15,749 nt of DNA from Promethearchaeota archaeon (GTDB lineage: Archaea; Asgardarchaeota; Odinarchaeia; Odinarchaeales; JBHLKK01). The position numbers and the translations under genes are program-made. The DNA lies in contig JBHLPL010000041.1 of the NCBI GenBank assembly GCA_048939465.1, forward strand, positions 1 to 15,749, in the 5' to 3' direction. Shown piece by piece: positions 14,833 to 15,749 of the stretch (its first letter is position 1; every line of letters starts with the position of its first letter). Under the pieces are notes generated by a model. That model worked only from the letters and a program-made list of their open reading frames with translations. It searched no databases and had not been told where the DNA came from.

Positions 14833-15749
14833 TCAGAAACAACATCGTCTATTCTTCAATATTACAAATATCCGTGATAATGATCGCTGCGTGTCCGATT
14901 TCAGGTATTGGGTTTTTGAGAACTTAGATTTCAGTAGAATTGCAATTCCGATCACTGCAGCGACTCCTATGCCTGTAACCAAGAGTACAGAATGAACACT
15001 CAGATTGCTCAGGCAGAAGACCTTTCCGTCATAGGAGCATATATATATCAGTCCGCTGGAGACTACGGGGGACGAGAATTGCACACCATTTACATTGTGT
15101 TTCCACACTAGTCTGCCACTCGAAGCATCCAGACAGTGGAATTCACCATAATGAGAGCATGCATAGATTCTATCACCAGCAACGATTATCGAAGACTCAA
15201 GATCAACCTTTAGATGATACTGCCATATCATACTGCCATCGTCGGCATTGAAACAGTAGACGTAGCTGTTGCTTGAGCTCACGTAGAGCTTGCCATCGGA
15301 AGCAGCGGGATTAGAGAATGTCTCATTACCATTCTTATGCTTCCATACGAGATTTCCGTTTTCTGCGTCTATACAACTAATATAGCCGGGAGCTCCAATG
15401 TAGATTCTATTGCTGGAAAAGACGGGAGAAGACCATTCCACATTGCTCGTCGAGTGTTTCCATATCAAGCTTCCATCTCCTGCATTCAGACAGAGCACAT
15501 AGCCGGAACACGCGAACACACTTACATAGATTCTTCCTTCTGCAAACGTGGGAGAGGAAAACACTGCCCATTCAACTTGATATTTCCATACTAGACTACC
15601 ATCACTGGAATTCAGGCAATGAATGCAACCTGGCTCCCCAATATCCGAATTGCCAGAACCTATGTAAACTCTGTCATTAACTACAATGGGAGAAGACCGC
15701 ACCCATTCTCCGGTTGAATACCGCCAGATCAGTCTACCATCATCTGCAT
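14833..15749 (-). CDS. PQQ-type (BamB-like) beta-propeller repeat protein with a C-terminal transmembrane helix (5' truncated by window)
   Basis: About 40-aa repeats SSP....G..Y.....G...CL.A..G..VWK. The frame stays open upstream of 15702 (ADDGRLIWRYSTGEW). TM segment VLLVTGIGVAAVIGIAILL is followed by KSK. Confidence 0.88.
   Translation of the reverse strand, partial: ADDGRLIWRYSTGEWVRSSPIVVNDRVYIGSGNSDIGEPGCIHCLNSSDGSLVWKYQVEWAVFSSPTFAEGRIYVSVFACSGYVLCLNAGDGSLIWKHSTSNVEWSSPVFSSNRIYIGAPGYISCIDAENGNLVWKHKNGNETFSNPAASDGKLYVSSSNSYVYCFNADDGSMIWQYHLKVDLESSIIVAGDRIYACSHYGEFHCLDASSGRLVWKHNVNGVQFSSPVVSSGLIYICSYDGKVFCLSNLSVHSVLLVTGIGVAAVIGIAILLKSKFSKTQYLKSDTQRSLSRIFVILKNRRCCF

Noticed and set aside
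14833-14850. C-terminal RRCCF resembling a prenylation (CaaX/CC) motif
   Set aside because: It does not fit CaaX spacing, the protein already has a TM anchor, and no prenyltransferase evidence is in the window.
637-15594. Numerous short ORF-track entries overlapping the main genes (e.g. 3295-3738+, 4750-5151+, 9144-9587+, 9745-10182+, 10576-10950-, 13849-14226-)
   Set aside because: They are antisense or alternate-frame shadows of motif-supported genes, with Ser/Phe/Leu-rich composition and no recognisable motifs.
1-15749. CRISPR arrays, IS elements, rRNA, Sec/Pyl read-through
   Set aside because: No regularly spaced repeats, transposase motifs, rRNA-like sequence or in-frame stops within conserved domains were seen.

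Overview
Archaeal chromosomal window, probably Asgard. The Asgard call is inferred from a longin/uDENN-like domain and a eukaryote-like PheS motif. The window is gene-dense, and I found no mobile element or CRISPR array. Left part: a minus-strand run of six genes (longin/uDENN-TrmB fusion, stand-alone ThrRS editing domain, degenerate GlmU-like protein, MJ0968-type soluble P-type ATPase/HAD, MBL hydrolase, truncated RNase J-like MBL nuclease), divergent from pfkB kinase-yunC. Middle: pheS-pheT head-to-head with an intron-containing tRNA-Phe(GAA), then a helical ORFan. Right: PLP aminotransferase divergent from enoyl-CoA hydratase plus Xaa-Pro peptidase, and a truncated membrane-anchored PQQ-type beta-propeller. 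The best novelty candidates are the longin-TrmB fusion regulator, the apparent GlmU-fold pseudoenzyme, the minimal trans-editing domain, and the tRNA-Phe/pheST arrangement. All family calls come from motif recognition by eye and recalled family sequences; no database search was run.
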